Shown one piece after another: positions 48,016 through 63,468 of a DNA stretch of 64,000 bases. Below the pieces are notes generated by a model. That model was not told the DNA's origin, made no database searches, and was given only the letters and a program-made list of their open reading frames with translations. Source of the stretch: the human T2T-CHM13v2.0 reference genome, Homo sapiens; assembly GCF_009914755.1 (NCBI RefSeq), contig NC_060925.1, one strand, 5' to 3'. Made by a program: the position numbers and the translations under genes. The stretch's first letter is position 1, and the number at the start of each line of letters is the position of its first letter.

Positions 48016-48073
48016 AGAATTAAACACAGTGCCAATCTGCCCTGTAGATAAAGAGGTCATCAAATCTCAGGAG
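48016..48073 (+). CDS. TRAF5: TRAF5 exon 3 (RING C-part)
   Basis: tttctccag|A GAA TTA...CAG GAG|gtaaga; (R)ELNTVPICPVDKEVIKSQE. 58 nt restores phase 0 (276 nt cumulative). Confidence 0.95.
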
Positions 48074-48339
48074 GTAAGAAAGTCACTGCTTTTGTCTAGC
48101 AGCTCTCAGGGTGATGGAGAAGAAGTCAGTGAATTGGACATTGAGATAGGAGCAGGAGAGTGGTCGAGGGAGACCTTCCTTGGAGTCCATATTCTTCTGC
48201 TGTGGGGTCACATCAGACCCTACTCGTAGCCCTGTTTGAGAGGCTTGTTTGGGTCTTTATTGACCACAGCCCTCCTCCACCCCAAGTCTCCTCTCCTGCT
48301 TCTTCCTCATCCCCTTCCTACACTGGCTCCAGCTAATAT

Positions 48340-49030
<691 letters not shown>

Positions 49031-49217
49031 TTCTCCCTTAAAACTCCTCTTTAAGTTCAGTTTTCTTCCTTTAAGATTCTGTTGCAGGATGTTCAAGCAG
49101 AAGCTTTCCTTGAGCCTCTAGTCTGCTGTACACGCATCTTCTCTATACTCCTTATGAGGTGTTTTGCAAATACCTACAACACGGCTGTGCTGCATTTAGT
49201 GTCTGTCTGACCTACTA

Positions 49218-49575
49218 TCCAGGGGTTGGCATACTACAGTCTTGGGACAAATCCAGCCTGCTACCTGTTTTTGTATGGCCTGTAAGCTAAGAAATTCTTT
49301 TTATGTAATGGTGGGTGCATAGAAACCCTCATATTTTTGCAACTTCTTGTGAGTCTTAAACTACTTCAAAATAAAAATTCATTTTAAATAATCCAAAGAA
49401 GAAAGTTTGGTGACATGTGAAATTCAAATTTCAGTGTTCATAAATAGTGTTTTATTGGAATGTAGCTGTGCCCATTCATTTAAGTATTGTGTATGGAAAA
49501 GTTGAAATGTGGCAACAGAGATGATCGTGATGTGGACTATCTGACCCCTTACAGAGAATGTTTGCCGACTCCTGG
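49218..49575. mobile_element. MER58B-like hAT element
   Basis: caggggttggcatactac...aattcaaatttcagtgttcataaat...tttgccgactcctg. Confidence 0.7.
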
Positions 49576-49972
49576 TTTGCGCTAAAATAGCAAGCCAGCA
49601 CAGCCTCAGTGACACTGTCTGATAAGTAATACATTTACCCTGGGACAGGAAGCTGAAAGCATCACCCTTGGCCAAGCTTCACCTCCTGACCTTTAAGAAT
49701 GTGGGGTCAGGTTCACCATGAGTTTCACCTAGTTGCAGCCTGGTGCGCAGGGCATTGTTACCTGGCTTGTATGTTTAATGGTTTGTCAAAAGCATGTATC
49801 TGAGACAGCCTTTTCTTTCAGTGTGGTGTAAGTGTGATATTTCCATTCCAGCTGATGTCTGGAAGTTTCCACCTGCCTTCTGAGATACACTCGAAGACCA
49901 AATTAGTAATAGCTTAATTCACATTGCTGTAAAACTTTGAAGTGTGTGAGACCTATTATGTTTATCTTTTAG

Positions 49973-50074
49973 GTTTTTAAAGACAATTGTTGCAAAAGAG
50001 AAGTCCTCAACTTATATGTATATTGCAGCAATGCTCCTGGATGTAATGCCAAGGTTATTCTGGGCCGGTACCAG
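49973..50074 (+). CDS. TRAF5: TRAF5 exon 4
   Basis: tcttttag|GTT...CAG|gttggt; VFKDNCCKREVLNLYVYCSNAPGCNAKVILGRYQ; 102 nt. Confidence 0.95.
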
Positions 50075-51416
50075 GTTGGTATTACTCATGAACGATATCT
50101 GCTTTTGCCATTTTTCCAGGAATGTGTGTTGAACCCCTTTATGTGACAGTTACTGAGCTAAGCATGGTACAGGGATTCAGTGAATTGCCCTCAAGGATTC
50201 CCAGTCTAGCAATACAGGTGGCTACAGTGCTGTAGCCCACCTACGGCTGAGGTGTGAGTGAAGAGGTTCGTCCTGTATGGAGCGCATGGAGGACATCTTG
50301 TATCCACTAGACCTTAATTGTGTGGTAGGGATCATTGAGCCAAAAGAGAGGGCGTGGGACATGCTGGACAAAACAAACACTCAAGAATATGCCATTTTGG
50401 GGGAACTGTGTGGGACCCAGGGCATGACTACAGAAAGACACAATTGTGAGGTCCTTCCCCAAAAGCATTTGCTCTCTCACTTGGTGCTGTCGTAGGTGTT
50501 TCCCAGCAACTGTGGGACCTGGCCTCATGGGGTTTATGATCTAACGGAGATCACTCAGACCAGGACAGAGACAGGCTGTGGGTTAAAGGTGAAGCATTGA
50601 TAGGAGAGACAAACCAACAAGGTGTAGGGGAAATGTGAGTGAAGGGGAATTGATGCCTTTCAAATGAAGTGACCCCAGCTGCTCTTCCTTCCAGCTAGGG
50701 AAGGTGGTTAAAGGGGAAGCTGGAAGTGTGGCGCTGCCTGGCAGGCCCATGTCAAGTTTGATCACACTGCAAGTGAACATGACTCAGGCTTCTCTAACTT
50801 CTAGGGAATTGCTGAGAGGCTGCTGAAATTTCTCCCGCACACCCACACATTTTGGAACACATATTTCAGATGATTCAGTCTTTTCTCTATCACACCTCCA
50901 AATCCCTCAGGGACTGAGCTTATAAATGTGTAAATGATTTCCTTGTTAATCCAGGAATTTATTTGGAGGTTCATAGAACTTTTGTTATGTTTTCATGTGT
51001 CTTTTGCCCCTTGTTTTGAATAGTCGAGTCCTAGAGCAAGGCCTTTTTTCCAACTTTGTTGTCACTAAGCCTAAAAAGTAAGTGAGGCTCAAATGGACCA
51101 TTGAACAGCTTTAGTGACCAAAACTGGCTTATGGAGAGCAGGGCCTGGGTTCTCTCCACCTGTTTCTTTTATATTTCCCCTCATTCCTTGTTTCCCACCC
51201 ACCCACTTCTATGGTAAGGTGTAGAATCTTACAGGTAGCAGAGTTTTGATGAATGTTGACTGTTTGGGTGAGAGTTGAGGAGTAATATCAACCAATTTTG
51301 GAGAAGAGATGGATTCCAACTGTGATCACCATATGATTCTTACTACCAGAGGTGAAGGAGAATAGCTGCATTTGTTTATCTCACTGTCAAAAAACTGTTT
51401 GCTTTTTCTTCTGAGA

Positions 51417-51670
51417 AGGGATCAGCAAACTCTCTTAAGAGTCAAACAATAATAATAATAATCATCATCATAATCATAAAAGAGCCAGATAGTAACTATT
51501 TTAGGCTTTGCAGGCCATACAGTCTCTGTCACAATTACTCAGCTCTCCCATTTTAGAGGCAAAGCAGCTATAGACAATATGTGAAGGAATAGGTGTGGCT
51601 CCTCTCCAATAAAACTTTAATTATAAAAACAAGTAGCAGGCCAGATTTGGCCTGTGAGTCTTAGCTTGCC
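51417..51670. mobile_element. MER58A-like element with (AAT)n(CAT)n microsatellite
   Basis: agggatcagcaaact...ggccagatttggcctgtg. Confidence 0.7.
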
Positions 51671-51799
51671 AATTTTGTCTTAAAGGACCCTCAGGGGGAC
51701 AAGTTCTCTAACATTTTGTTAACTTGCCAGCATCACAATAACTGCAGTGATTCAAAGGTTTTCACTGAGATATGCCTGCTTTTAAACCTCTAGAATGTT

Positions 51800-52382
<583 letters not shown>

Positions 52383-52589
52383 CTAATATTAAATAATATT
52401 AAATAGTATATATAGTTATATATTATATTACATATAATATATTAAATACTATAATATATTGTTTATAATAAATACATTATTGACATGTAAATAAATGTTT
52501 ATTTTTAATAATAAATAACAGAATATTTAAAATAACTTTTAAAATAAAATTAGAGAATATTTAAAATAAAATTTAAATAACTTATTATT

Positions 52590-52865
52590 TGTGTTACCTA
52601 GGCTGGAGCGCAGTGGCACAATCATAGCTCACTGCAGCCTCAAACTTCTGGACTCAACTGATCCTCCCACCTCAGCCTCCTGTGTAGTTGGGACCATAGG
52701 TGTACACCGCAACACTTGGCTAATTAAAAAAAAAAAATTGTGGAGACAAGGTATTGGGGTCTCACTGTGTTGCCCAGGCTGGACTTGAGTCCTGGCCTTA
52801 AGTGATCCTCCCATCTCAGCCTCCCAAATTTCTGGGATTACAAGCATGAGCCACCACACGTGGCC
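52590..52865 (-). mobile_element. AluJ, preceded by an AT-rich low-complexity tract (52385-52590)
   Basis: Reverse AluJ-like sequence. Confidence 0.88.
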
Positions 52866-53521
52866 AATAAAGTATTATTAATGGTTAAAAATATTTCCTG
52901 ACTTTACCAGTCTGACCATTCCTAGCTTCTCTTGGGCTTGCACACCTATATTTCCTCTGCCTCCTTTTCTTTATCATTTCTGGAATAGCTTACTGTCCCT
53001 TCTTTTCATCTTCTTAATCCTTTCCCTTTCTTCCTTGAGTTAGGATATGCCCTTCTCTCCTTTTTTCCTTTTCCTGTGTCCTTTTACCATCTGCTATGCA
53101 GAGACCCATACCTGATGCTGGAGGTTGGGATGAAGAGTCCACAAAAGAAATAAAAATGTCCTTGAAGAACTGGTAAATTAAGGAAAATATCCAAGAACTA
53201 ACCTGAGAATATGAGCACATTATTAGATCATCTAAAACAAACTTGGTGTACTTCCCTCTTCACCTATCTTCCCCTGTCCTCTGAATTTCCCCCAGCCAAG
53301 ACTGGCTTTCCCATCTCTGGTACAAGCAGCCCTCCCCATGCCCTCTCCTCAGCAGAGACAGTGGGCAGCATCCCCTGAGAGCCTACCCTCTGCCTTGCCC
53401 TGTGCAAGCCTTTCTGCCCAGCTGCCCACCCTGTTCTCTCTCCCTCCCTAGGCCTTCCAGCTGACTTCTTTCCTACCACCCTGGTCAGCAGGTCCCACTG
53501 GCCTGTTGTTATCTGTTGCAG

Positions 53522-53686
53522 GATCACCTTCAGCAGTGCTTATTTCAACCTGTGCAGTGTTCTAATGAGAAGTGCCGGGAGCCAGTCCTACGGAAAGACC
53601 TGAAAGAGCATTTGAGTGCATCCTGTCAGTTTCGAAAGGAAAAATGCCTTTATTGCAAAAAGGATGTGGTAGTCATCAATCTACAG
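53522..53686 (+). CDS. TRAF5: TRAF5 exon 5 (TRAF-type zinc fingers)
   Basis: ctgttgcag|GAT...CAG|gtgaaa; DHLQQCLFQPVQCSNEKCREPVLRKDLKEHLSASCQFRKEKCLYCKKDVVVINLQ; 165 nt. Confidence 0.95.
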
Positions 53687-54311
53687 GTGAAAAACAACAC
53701 ATACAACAGTCATCTTTATGGAGCTAAATTATGCCTGAGTGGTCACAGTGAATCAGGTGGAATGCCAGAAGAACATTCCTGCATTTATTTTTGTACAGAA
53801 TTAGGTCTAAAGAATTTGCTTTTTGGAGAGAAGTTCTGTGAAAAGCTTAAAACCTTCTTGTTGGTAGCACTCCATTTATTATTGGCAAAAATATTATTTG
53901 AACACATGCTGTGTATGTGTAATGAATGCTGGGTGCTGAGTCACAAGGAGGTGACAATAATGTCTACTCTCTGAATTCTGCAGTGTAGCTGGGGAGGCAG
54001 GATGCAGGCATAAAAAGAAAGCATGGGTACCTTTTACATGTCCCGAAGGAGCTATGCTGGCAGTTCCCCAATCTACCTTCTTTGAATCCTGTGTTCTATG
54101 ACTTTCTTTTGGAATAATTGGAAAATTTAATATTTTAATTAAGTTCATTTACACCTAGAAAGTGGACATCTTTAATCCTTTTTTGGAATTAGGCAATAAC
54201 TTCCTGTAGAGAGTAAGCCACGTGACATATAATCCCCAAAGAGACACAGGTGTAATCACTGTGAGGCCATGAAAGACAACCCTTTGTTTTATTGCACTTT
54301 CTCTATTTCAG

Positions 54312-54389
54312 AATCATGAGGAAAACTTGTGTCCTGAATACCCAGTATTTTGTCCCAACAATTGTGCGAAGATTATTCTAAAAACTGAG
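54312..54389 (+). CDS. TRAF5: TRAF5 exon 6
   Basis: ctatttcag|AAT...GAG|gtaact; NHEENLCPEYPVFCPNNCAKIILKTE; 78 nt. Confidence 0.95.
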
Positions 54390-54697
54390 GTAACTGCAAA
54401 TAATCCTCTCTGTAGATTTTATGGAAGATAACGTTTTAGTAATCATTGTGGTCTGTGTTTGATACAGTCCCAAAGATAAGGGCCCAGGGCTTAAATTACA
54501 CGCATGACCATGACGTATCTGTCTTCCCTTCTCTTTTTCCTGCGAACTCTCTTCAACTTTCATCATAGCTCTTTCTTGCCAGGCCTCTCTCCTTCTCCTG
54601 GTCCTTGCCTTCTTCCCAAGCCACTCTTGGCTCCCTGATTGCTGCAGTTGGAGAATAAGTGATGAATTTCTATAGCTTGTGACTATCCATTTCGTAG

Positions 54698-54772
54698 GTA
54701 GATGAACACCTGGCTGTATGTCCTGAAGCTGAGCAAGACTGTCCTTTTAAGCACTATGGCTGTGCTGTAACG
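54698..54772 (+). CDS. TRAF5: TRAF5 exon 7
   Basis: catttcgtag|GTA...ACG|gtatgg; VDEHLAVCPEAEQDCPFKHYGCAVT; 75 nt. Confidence 0.93.
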
Positions 54773-54899
54773 GTATGGAATGACTTTTTGTTTCTGCCTA
54801 TACATTCTACTGTATAATTCACTTGGCAAGTTCAGTTTACTCTCTGTTCCATCGAGGATGGAGAAAGACATACAGTTCTGAGAAATTTAAGGCTAATTA

Positions 54900-55289
54900 T
54901 TTTAGAGTTCTCCAGAGAAACAGAACCAATGGGATATATACATATATAGAGAGATTTATTTTAAGAAGTTGGCTCTTGCAGTTGTGGGGGCTAGCAAGTC
55001 CAAAATCTGCAGGGCAGCTCAGCAATCTGGAAACTCTGGCTGGAGTTTCTATGCTGCAGTCTTGAGGAGAAGCATTTTTTTCTTCAGGAAACCTTAGTGT
55101 TTGCTCTGAAGGCCTTCAAATGATTGGATGAGGCCCACCACACTATGGAGGGTAATCTGCTTACTTCAAGTCTACCAATTGTTTTCATCACATCTGCAAA
55201 ATACCTTCACAGCAACATATAGACTTGTTTTGAGCAAACAATTGGGCACCATAGCCTAGCCAGGTTGACACATAAAATTAACCATCACA
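54900..55289 (-). mobile_element. MLT2-type (ERVL) LTR
   Basis: gttctccagagaaacagaaccaat...gttgacacataaaattaaccatcaca. Confidence 0.82.
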
Positions 55290-55302
55290 ATAATTATTCG
55301 GG

Positions 55303-55597
55303 TTTTTTTTTTTTTTTTTTTTTTTGAGACAGAGTCTTGCTCTGTCACAGGCTGGAGTGCAGTGGCATGATCTCGGCTCAATGCAACCTCTGCATCCTGG
55401 GTTCAAGCAATTCTCCTGCCTCGGCCTCCTGAGTAGCTGGGATTTCAGGCACCCGCCATCATGCCTGGCTAATTTTTGTATTTTTAGTAGAGACAGGGTT
55501 TCACCATGTTGGCCAGGCTGGTCTTGAACTTCAGACCTCAGGCGATCCGCCTGCCTCGGCCTCCCAAAGTGCTGGGATTACAGCACCGTGCCTGGCC
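55303..55597 (-). mobile_element. Alu (S-type)
   Basis: Reverse Alu with poly-T head. Confidence 0.93.
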
Positions 55598-55958
55598 CAC
55601 AGTAATTATTTCTAATTTTGATTCCATTGCCTCCACCTGGTTTGGGAACCTTCTGGGGTTACTCCTCATGATTACAAATCCTGGTTTTATGGTGATATAC
55701 TCTTGTATATCACCAAGTATACTGAAACAAAATGGACTTAAAATCGTGTTTTAATATGTATGTTATTACCTTTTAAATACTTTAAAATAATAATGAATTA
55801 CACAAAATAAAAATAAAATTTGATTTCTACTTCAGTCTTTTTAATAGATTCCAGGTGGAGCAAAGTTTTAGGCATTAAAATATGTCATGCTCTGTATTAT
55901 TCTGTATTTTCTGTAAATCTAAAATTATTCCAAAATAAGAAGTTAACTTCAGAAATCA

Positions 55959-56340
<382 letters not shown>

Positions 56341-57247
56341 CTAACACAAAACCAGAAGCCATAATTTTGATAAATTTGTAAATATTTAAAACTTCTGTAT
56401 GATTTTAAAAAATACCATAAAGTCAAATAGCAAACAGTGAACTGGAGGGAAAAGTTTGCAACATATGATCAGACAAAAAAAAGGGGGGGGCTATTTTCCT
56501 TAATATACAAAGAAACCTTACATGTTAATAACCTACTCAACTTAATGGAAAAATAGGCAAAGAAATATAGTATATGGGCAGTTCCAGAAAAAAATTCATT
56601 TGGCTGATAAATGTAAGAAAAGATGCTCAGTTTCACTCCTAAATAAATATACATTATAACAAGAAATATACTTTAATATCATCAAATTGACAAAGATTAA
56701 AACATCTTATGATATCTCACTTTTTTTAGGGCAATTTGGTTATCTCTATGAAAATAAAAAATGAATCCACACATTGACCCTGCATTTCTGCTAGGATTTA
56801 TGTTACAGATATCCTTTCTTAAGTTATACAGTGATTTCACATACACAAAGACACACAAAGATGTTTATTCTACTATTGTTTGTATAGCAAAAAAACCCCA
56901 CAACCCAAAGCTAAAAACAACCTGTAAGTCTATCATTAAAACACCAACTATATAATTATGTATTCATATTTTAGAATACTATGTAGCTGATAAAAATGAG
57001 ATATATGTAAAAAATTAAATATAGTATGTTCTCATTTGTGTTAAAAATGTGTATATCCTTACTGACACTCTGGTAAAACTAGGAAAGTGGGTGTGGAGAT
57101 GGACAGAAGAGGCCTTTTACTTTTTATTCTTCATCTTATGTTGTTTGACATAAGCACATATTTCTTTTATTTTAAAAACCATTTGAAAAAATGTATATTC
57201 TGAGAAGGATTTAAAAAAAAATCAGCGAAGAGTCTATAAATTTGTCA

Positions 57248-57649
<402 letters not shown>

Positions 57650-58009
57650 TTATTCTCCGGAACCTTATTTAGGACAGCCTGTCACCAAAGAAGCCAACCC
57701 TAACCCGAATGAAAATTGATGATAAATATTTAGTTAAACTGCATGGATCACCTTGAACACCTAACAAACATTTGCTTTTACTGTAATATAGGCAGTCTAC
57801 AAAAAAAAATATTTTAATGATTAGGGGAAAAGCAACCATTTCTTCTTGCAAATGTAGTCTATGGTTTTGAGGGCAACAAATTTGTATGGGCTGAAATTAA
57901 AATCAGGTGGCATTCCTCCTGCCCATGGCAGCCAGTCCGTGATTGGAGGCAGCATGGAAATGTGCTTGACAGGAGGAAGAACTAGCGTTGACTTAAAACT
58001 GATTTGAAG

Positions 58010-58356
<347 letters not shown>

Positions 58357-58493
58357 TTATATGGGAATAGTTGAGAGATGATAATAACTACGCTTAACCC
58401 ATAGTCATATACTCCCAGGGCAAGGAAGAAAATCAGCACTGAGAATTTTGATATTGGCCTGATTCTCTGTCTCATGGATATTGTAGAATCCTA

Positions 58494-58874
<381 letters not shown>

Positions 58875-58985
58875 CTATTAAAGTAAGCAAAGTTGTTAAG
58901 ATTCTATTTTAGCAGAATATCCTACCACCTCTTTCATTTTTGGAGCCTCTCAGCAACCTGACTTATTTTTCTCTTCATATTGAAG

Positions 58986-59078
58986 GATAAACGGAGGAAC
59001 CTGCAGCAACATGAGCATTCAGCCTTACGGGAGCACATGCGTTTGGTTTTAGAAAAGAATGTCCAATTAGAAGAACAG
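58986..59078 (+). CDS. TRAF5: TRAF5 exon 8
   Basis: cttcatattgaag|GAT...CAG|gtaaat; DKRRNLQQHEHSALREHMRLVLEKNVQLEEQ; 93 nt. Confidence 0.93.
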
Positions 59079-60576
59079 GTAAATCTTCAAAGGTTCAAAT
59101 AAAAAGTGAGGCAACAGAATTGCTGGGATTTACCTGCTCTATGCTGGTATTTTTCTATTCTCCCCTGTTTCAGTATAAGTCAATTAGAGGTAGATGTTTT
59201 TCTATTAAGTGGCCAAACAGGCTCATAGGATTATAGAACATTAGAATTGGAAGGTGCCCTTAGGATCCTTGGGTCCATCCTCCTCATTCAACAGATAAAA
59301 TAACTGAACTCTGAGAAATTTTTATATGTTTTAATCGTAAGTAGCATAATTCAATCTCAAAATCCATGTCCTCTGATTCTAAGTCCAGTACTCCCCATGG
59401 TATACCATAACTGCCTCTCAATAGCCTGTCTACACACCTTTTGGTTAATATCTGACACTTAGCAATTTGATGTTTCAGTTAAATTAATATTACTGTGAAA
59501 CAACAGTTGACTATTCTAAGCACTATGGGTTTTATAAATTTTGTGATAAGTCTAAACTGCCTTTGCAGAAGCTTTGCAACCCAATAAATGCATACATACA
59601 CACTTATTTCACTGAGTTGTGATTATCAAGGGAAATTATATGCAAATGCCTGCCATAGTGCCTGTGGCATTCCTATTAACCTCAATAAATGCTGATTCTA
59701 TTGAGCAATTTTTAGGAAAGTTAATTATTTTGTTAGAACATCTCAGAAAATCAGACTTTTCAAGCCCAGGTAGGGAAGAAAACCATCCATTTTCAGAAAA
59801 GGAGCTGATGTTTACTACTGCAGATGATTTTTTGATGTCTGATTTTCTATTAAAGTAGGTGTGTGAGTTCCAGGGTCAGATTCTGGAGAAAATTAGGAAG
59901 ACTGATTAAACAGTAACTTTGGTAGAAGGCATGCTCCCTAGTAACCGTTCCCAAGTTTTTTCTGTATCAGTTGCCTCATTCATCCATCTTTTCATTCAAG
60001 AAACACCTACTGTATGTCAGGTACAATGTTTGCTGCTAGGGACACTGAGCCAAGGAAGATGTAGCCTCTACCCTTGAAGAACTAACATAAATGTAAACAG
60101 GTAAGTTGTCATGCCTTGTAGGACATGCTGTAACTCAGTCTGGGGTACAGAGACTGCAGCAGTTTATTCTAGGGGAGTTGGGGAAGACTTTCAAGGTAAG
60201 ACATCCAAGCTGCCTCTTGAAGTAGGAAAGATTCATCAGTTAAAATGTTGTGGAAGAAGGACATCCAAAAGGGAGAGCTTGCACTGAAGCAGGGAGGCAT
60301 AAGAAATCCTGATGAGTCAAGGAAATGGGGTTTTAGGATGAATGGACTTCTGAGTGTGAGATAGAGAAAGGCTAGAGACTGGTGTGTTGGATCCAGATTG
60401 CAGTGGCCTTCCGTGTAGCCTAAGAAGTTTTGAACACTGCATTCAATTATTTTTTTATCATTTATACTCTGCCTTGTTTCAGAAAGGTTTTAAGGGCCAG
60501 AAGTTTGAACTAATGTTTTTTTCAATAATAGGGAGCTAATGGAGGTTTCTTAATTGGAAAACACTTGGTCAGCTAA

Positions 60577-60852
60577 TTGTTTGTTTGTTTGTTTGTTTGT
60601 TTGTTTGTTGAGATAGGGTCTGGCCCTGTCACCCAGGCTGGAGTACACTGGTACGATCTGGACTGTCTGTAATCTCTGCCTCCTAGGCTCAAGAGATTCT
60701 CCTACCTCAGCCTCTTGAGTAGCTGGGACTATAGGTGTGCACCACCACACTCGGCTAATTTTTGTATTTTTTTTGTAGAGACAGGGTTTTGCCATGTTGT
60801 CCAGGCTGGTCTCATGAGCTCAAGCCATCTGCCTGCCTCAGCCGCCCAAAGC
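60577..60852 (-). mobile_element. AluJ within an L2/MIR-rich tract (~59970-62550)
   Basis: (tttg)n head and reverse AluJ body; flanking cattcattcat/aaatatttattaagcacctact L2 tails. Confidence 0.85.
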
Positions 60853-63061
60853 GGTTTGTTTGTTTTTCTTTTTTAAAGCAAGACAGTTGGTAATAGCATG
60901 GCAATTGATAAGAGTGAAGGCTCTGGAGCCAGAATGCTTGGGTTTGCAGCCAGGCTGCACACTAGCCATATGAGTTTGGACAAACTACCTCATTTCTGTC
61001 ATCCCCAGTTTCCTCATTTGTAAATGGGGTTGTGGTGATGGTAAAAAGGGATAATATAGTTAAGCTAGTAGTACAATGCCTAACACATAATAAGTACTTC
61101 AATAGTAGGTGGAAGCAAGATGCTGGAGGTGGTGGTGGTGATGGTGAAGGCTCAACCAAGTCCATGTCAGTGGACTGGAAAGAGAGAGAGTATCAAGAGA
61201 CCTTCTGAGGTTGTAAATGACATGCAGAAAGCTGAGTAGGGAGGGGACATGGTAATGATATTAACCAAGATGGGCACTACAAAACTGGAGCATGTTAGAG
61301 GTGAGGGTGCAGAGAGAGACAAGGAGTTTGCTTTTGGTCAGGCAGGTAGGTGGAAGTCAGCTCTAGGGGTCTAAATAAAGGATTCCAGGGCCAGAGATCA
61401 AATGATTGTCTCAGCCATTTGTGCATTCATTCATAAAATATGTATCAAATGCCCTCTCTGTGCCAGGCACTGTCCTAGGCTCTAAGGATAAAGAAATAAA
61501 TGAGATGTAGTCTCAAGATACAATTTAATGGAGAAGACCAAAACAACAACAAAAAGCAAGTTATAAGCATGATAATGATGATTTATACACTAGAATATGG
61601 ACAGGGTATCATGGAACTTGAGAGGTGGTCTCGGCGGGTGGTGCAAGTAAGGAAATATTTCCAAGAGGATGTACCCATGAGTGGAGGCTTAAAAAGTGGT
61701 AGTTTTTAGATGAAGAGAGAGGTGTCTGAGAGGGCAGAGCCTGACAAAATAGGAGTTGTGTGGTCTTGCTGGGCAGGATGCATGTGGAATGTGAATGGGT
61801 TTGAGGCTGAAAGTGTAGCCAGGGGCAGGTCACGTAGGGCCCAGTGTCACCTGTAAAAGCAAGCCACTAGAAATGTTTATGCAGGGAAGGCTCAAGACCA
61901 GATTTGTCTCTTAATATTATTCTGGTCACAGTAAGGAGTACAAATTGAAGGAGAACAAGACTAAAGCCAGGGAGAGCATTCATGCTGTTCATTCATTTAA
62001 CAAATATTTATTAAGCACCTACTGGTACCAGGCACCAGTCCAGTTGCTGGGGTCATAGTGGACTGTGAGGTTCATGGCAGTTCCAGCTCCCATGGAACTT
62101 ATGTTCTGGTGTGTGCTGGGGGTAGAATGGGTAGAGCAGGACCAGTTAGAAAGCTGCTGTTGCAGCCCAAGAGAGAAATAATGAAGACTGAAACTAGTGC
62201 TGAAATGAGAAATGGATTTAAGTCTTTTTGTTTCTGTTGTCATGTTAAAAGTTAAAATTGGCAACTGTTGCAGATTGAATGGATATGGGAATAAGAGAAG
62301 AGCTGTCTAGGATCAGCTTTAGGTATCTGTTTCTTTCAAGTAGATTATAAAATCTGTCAATATGCTACCCACGCATTTTGCCTATCACTTGCTGGCTTGT
62401 ATGCTGGATGGGTTACTTAAACTCTCTACCTCTGTTTCCTCATCTGAAAAATGAGTCTAATATTCGTGCAACTCATAGGGTTCTTTGAGGCATACAAGAG
62501 CTAATGAATATAAGGGTATGATAGACAGTCAGCAAGTTTTTGTCATTATTACTTTTGATACTGTGCATGTAACATTTAATGTGGTATGGTGATCAGTACT
62601 CTTTGGTGGTAGTTTTATTTTGTTTTAAGAGACAAGGTGTCACTATGTTGCCCAGGCTAGACTCAATCTCCTGGACTCAAGTGATCCTCCCCATCAGCTT
62701 CCCAGGTACCTGAGATTACAGGGGCCTGGCTTCTGTGGTTGCTTAATAAGTCCATGTTGAATGAATGAAGAGAACCAGTTCAGTAAATTCAGTCAGGTGA
62801 TGTCTGTCATTAGGTGAACCATCATAGTAGGTTAGGTATAGAAAAGGCTGATGAGAAATTCTGTAGATGTGGCTTTTTGGAACCACCTGTGAATATCTTC
62901 CTATAATTATGTAGGAATCTACCCTGTAAATATTTTCCTAGAAATAAATATGTAGATTTTTTCCTAGAAATACTTTCTTAGCTGCAAGTGCATGCATATT
63001 TTAACTATATGCATGCAGTTATATTCAGTGACTTTATTTTTCCTCACGTTCCTGTTATTAG

Positions 63062-63202
63062 ATTTCTGACTTACACAAGAGCCTAGAACAGAAAGAAAGT
63101 AAAATCCAGCAGCTAGCAGAAACTATAAAGAAACTTGAAAAGGAGTTCAAGCAGTTTGCACAGTTGTTTGGCAAAAATGGAAGCTTCCTCCCAAACATCC
63201 AG
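63062..63202 (+). CDS. TRAF5: TRAF5 exon 9 (coiled coil); gene continues beyond the window
   Basis: cctgttattag|ATT...CAG|gtaaga; ISDLHKSLEQKESKIQQLAETIKKLEKEFKQFAQLFGKNGSFLPNIQ; 141 nt (930 nt cumulative). Confidence 0.94.
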
Positions 63203-63427
63203 GTAAGAAATGGCCTTTGCGTTGAAAGCCAAGATTTGGCTTTCAATTGCAGTGAGAGTTTTTCTTTTAACTTCTTAAATAGAAATAATTTAAAATATAC
63301 AGAAAAGCTGTAAGAATAAGATGGTGCAAAGAACACTTGTATAACCTCCACCCTGATTCACTCATGGCCAACATTTTGTCCCGTTTGCTTCATCATTCAT
63401 GCTCCCCTCCACTGCTCCTCCCCCGAC

Positions 63428-63468
63428 GTGTATGTGTGTGTGTGTGTGCGTGTGCATGTGTGTGCACG
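63428..63468. repeat. (TG)n imperfect microsatellite
   Basis: gtgtatgtgtgtgtgtgtgtgcgtgtgcatgtgtgtgcacg. Confidence 0.85.

Noticed and set aside
53687-53974. Exon-5 ORF continuing 95 codons into the intron
   Set aside because: A canonical donor exists at 53686/53687, the extension has no domain features, and no adjacent poly(A) signal was noticed.
54698-54703. AG|GTAGAT at the exon-7 acceptor as a recursive splice site or +4 acceptor
   Set aside because: The intron is short (308 nt) and the donor match is modest; nothing beyond the motif supports it.
57697-57706. ccctaaccc telomere-like motif
   Set aside because: Under two repeat units; expected by chance.
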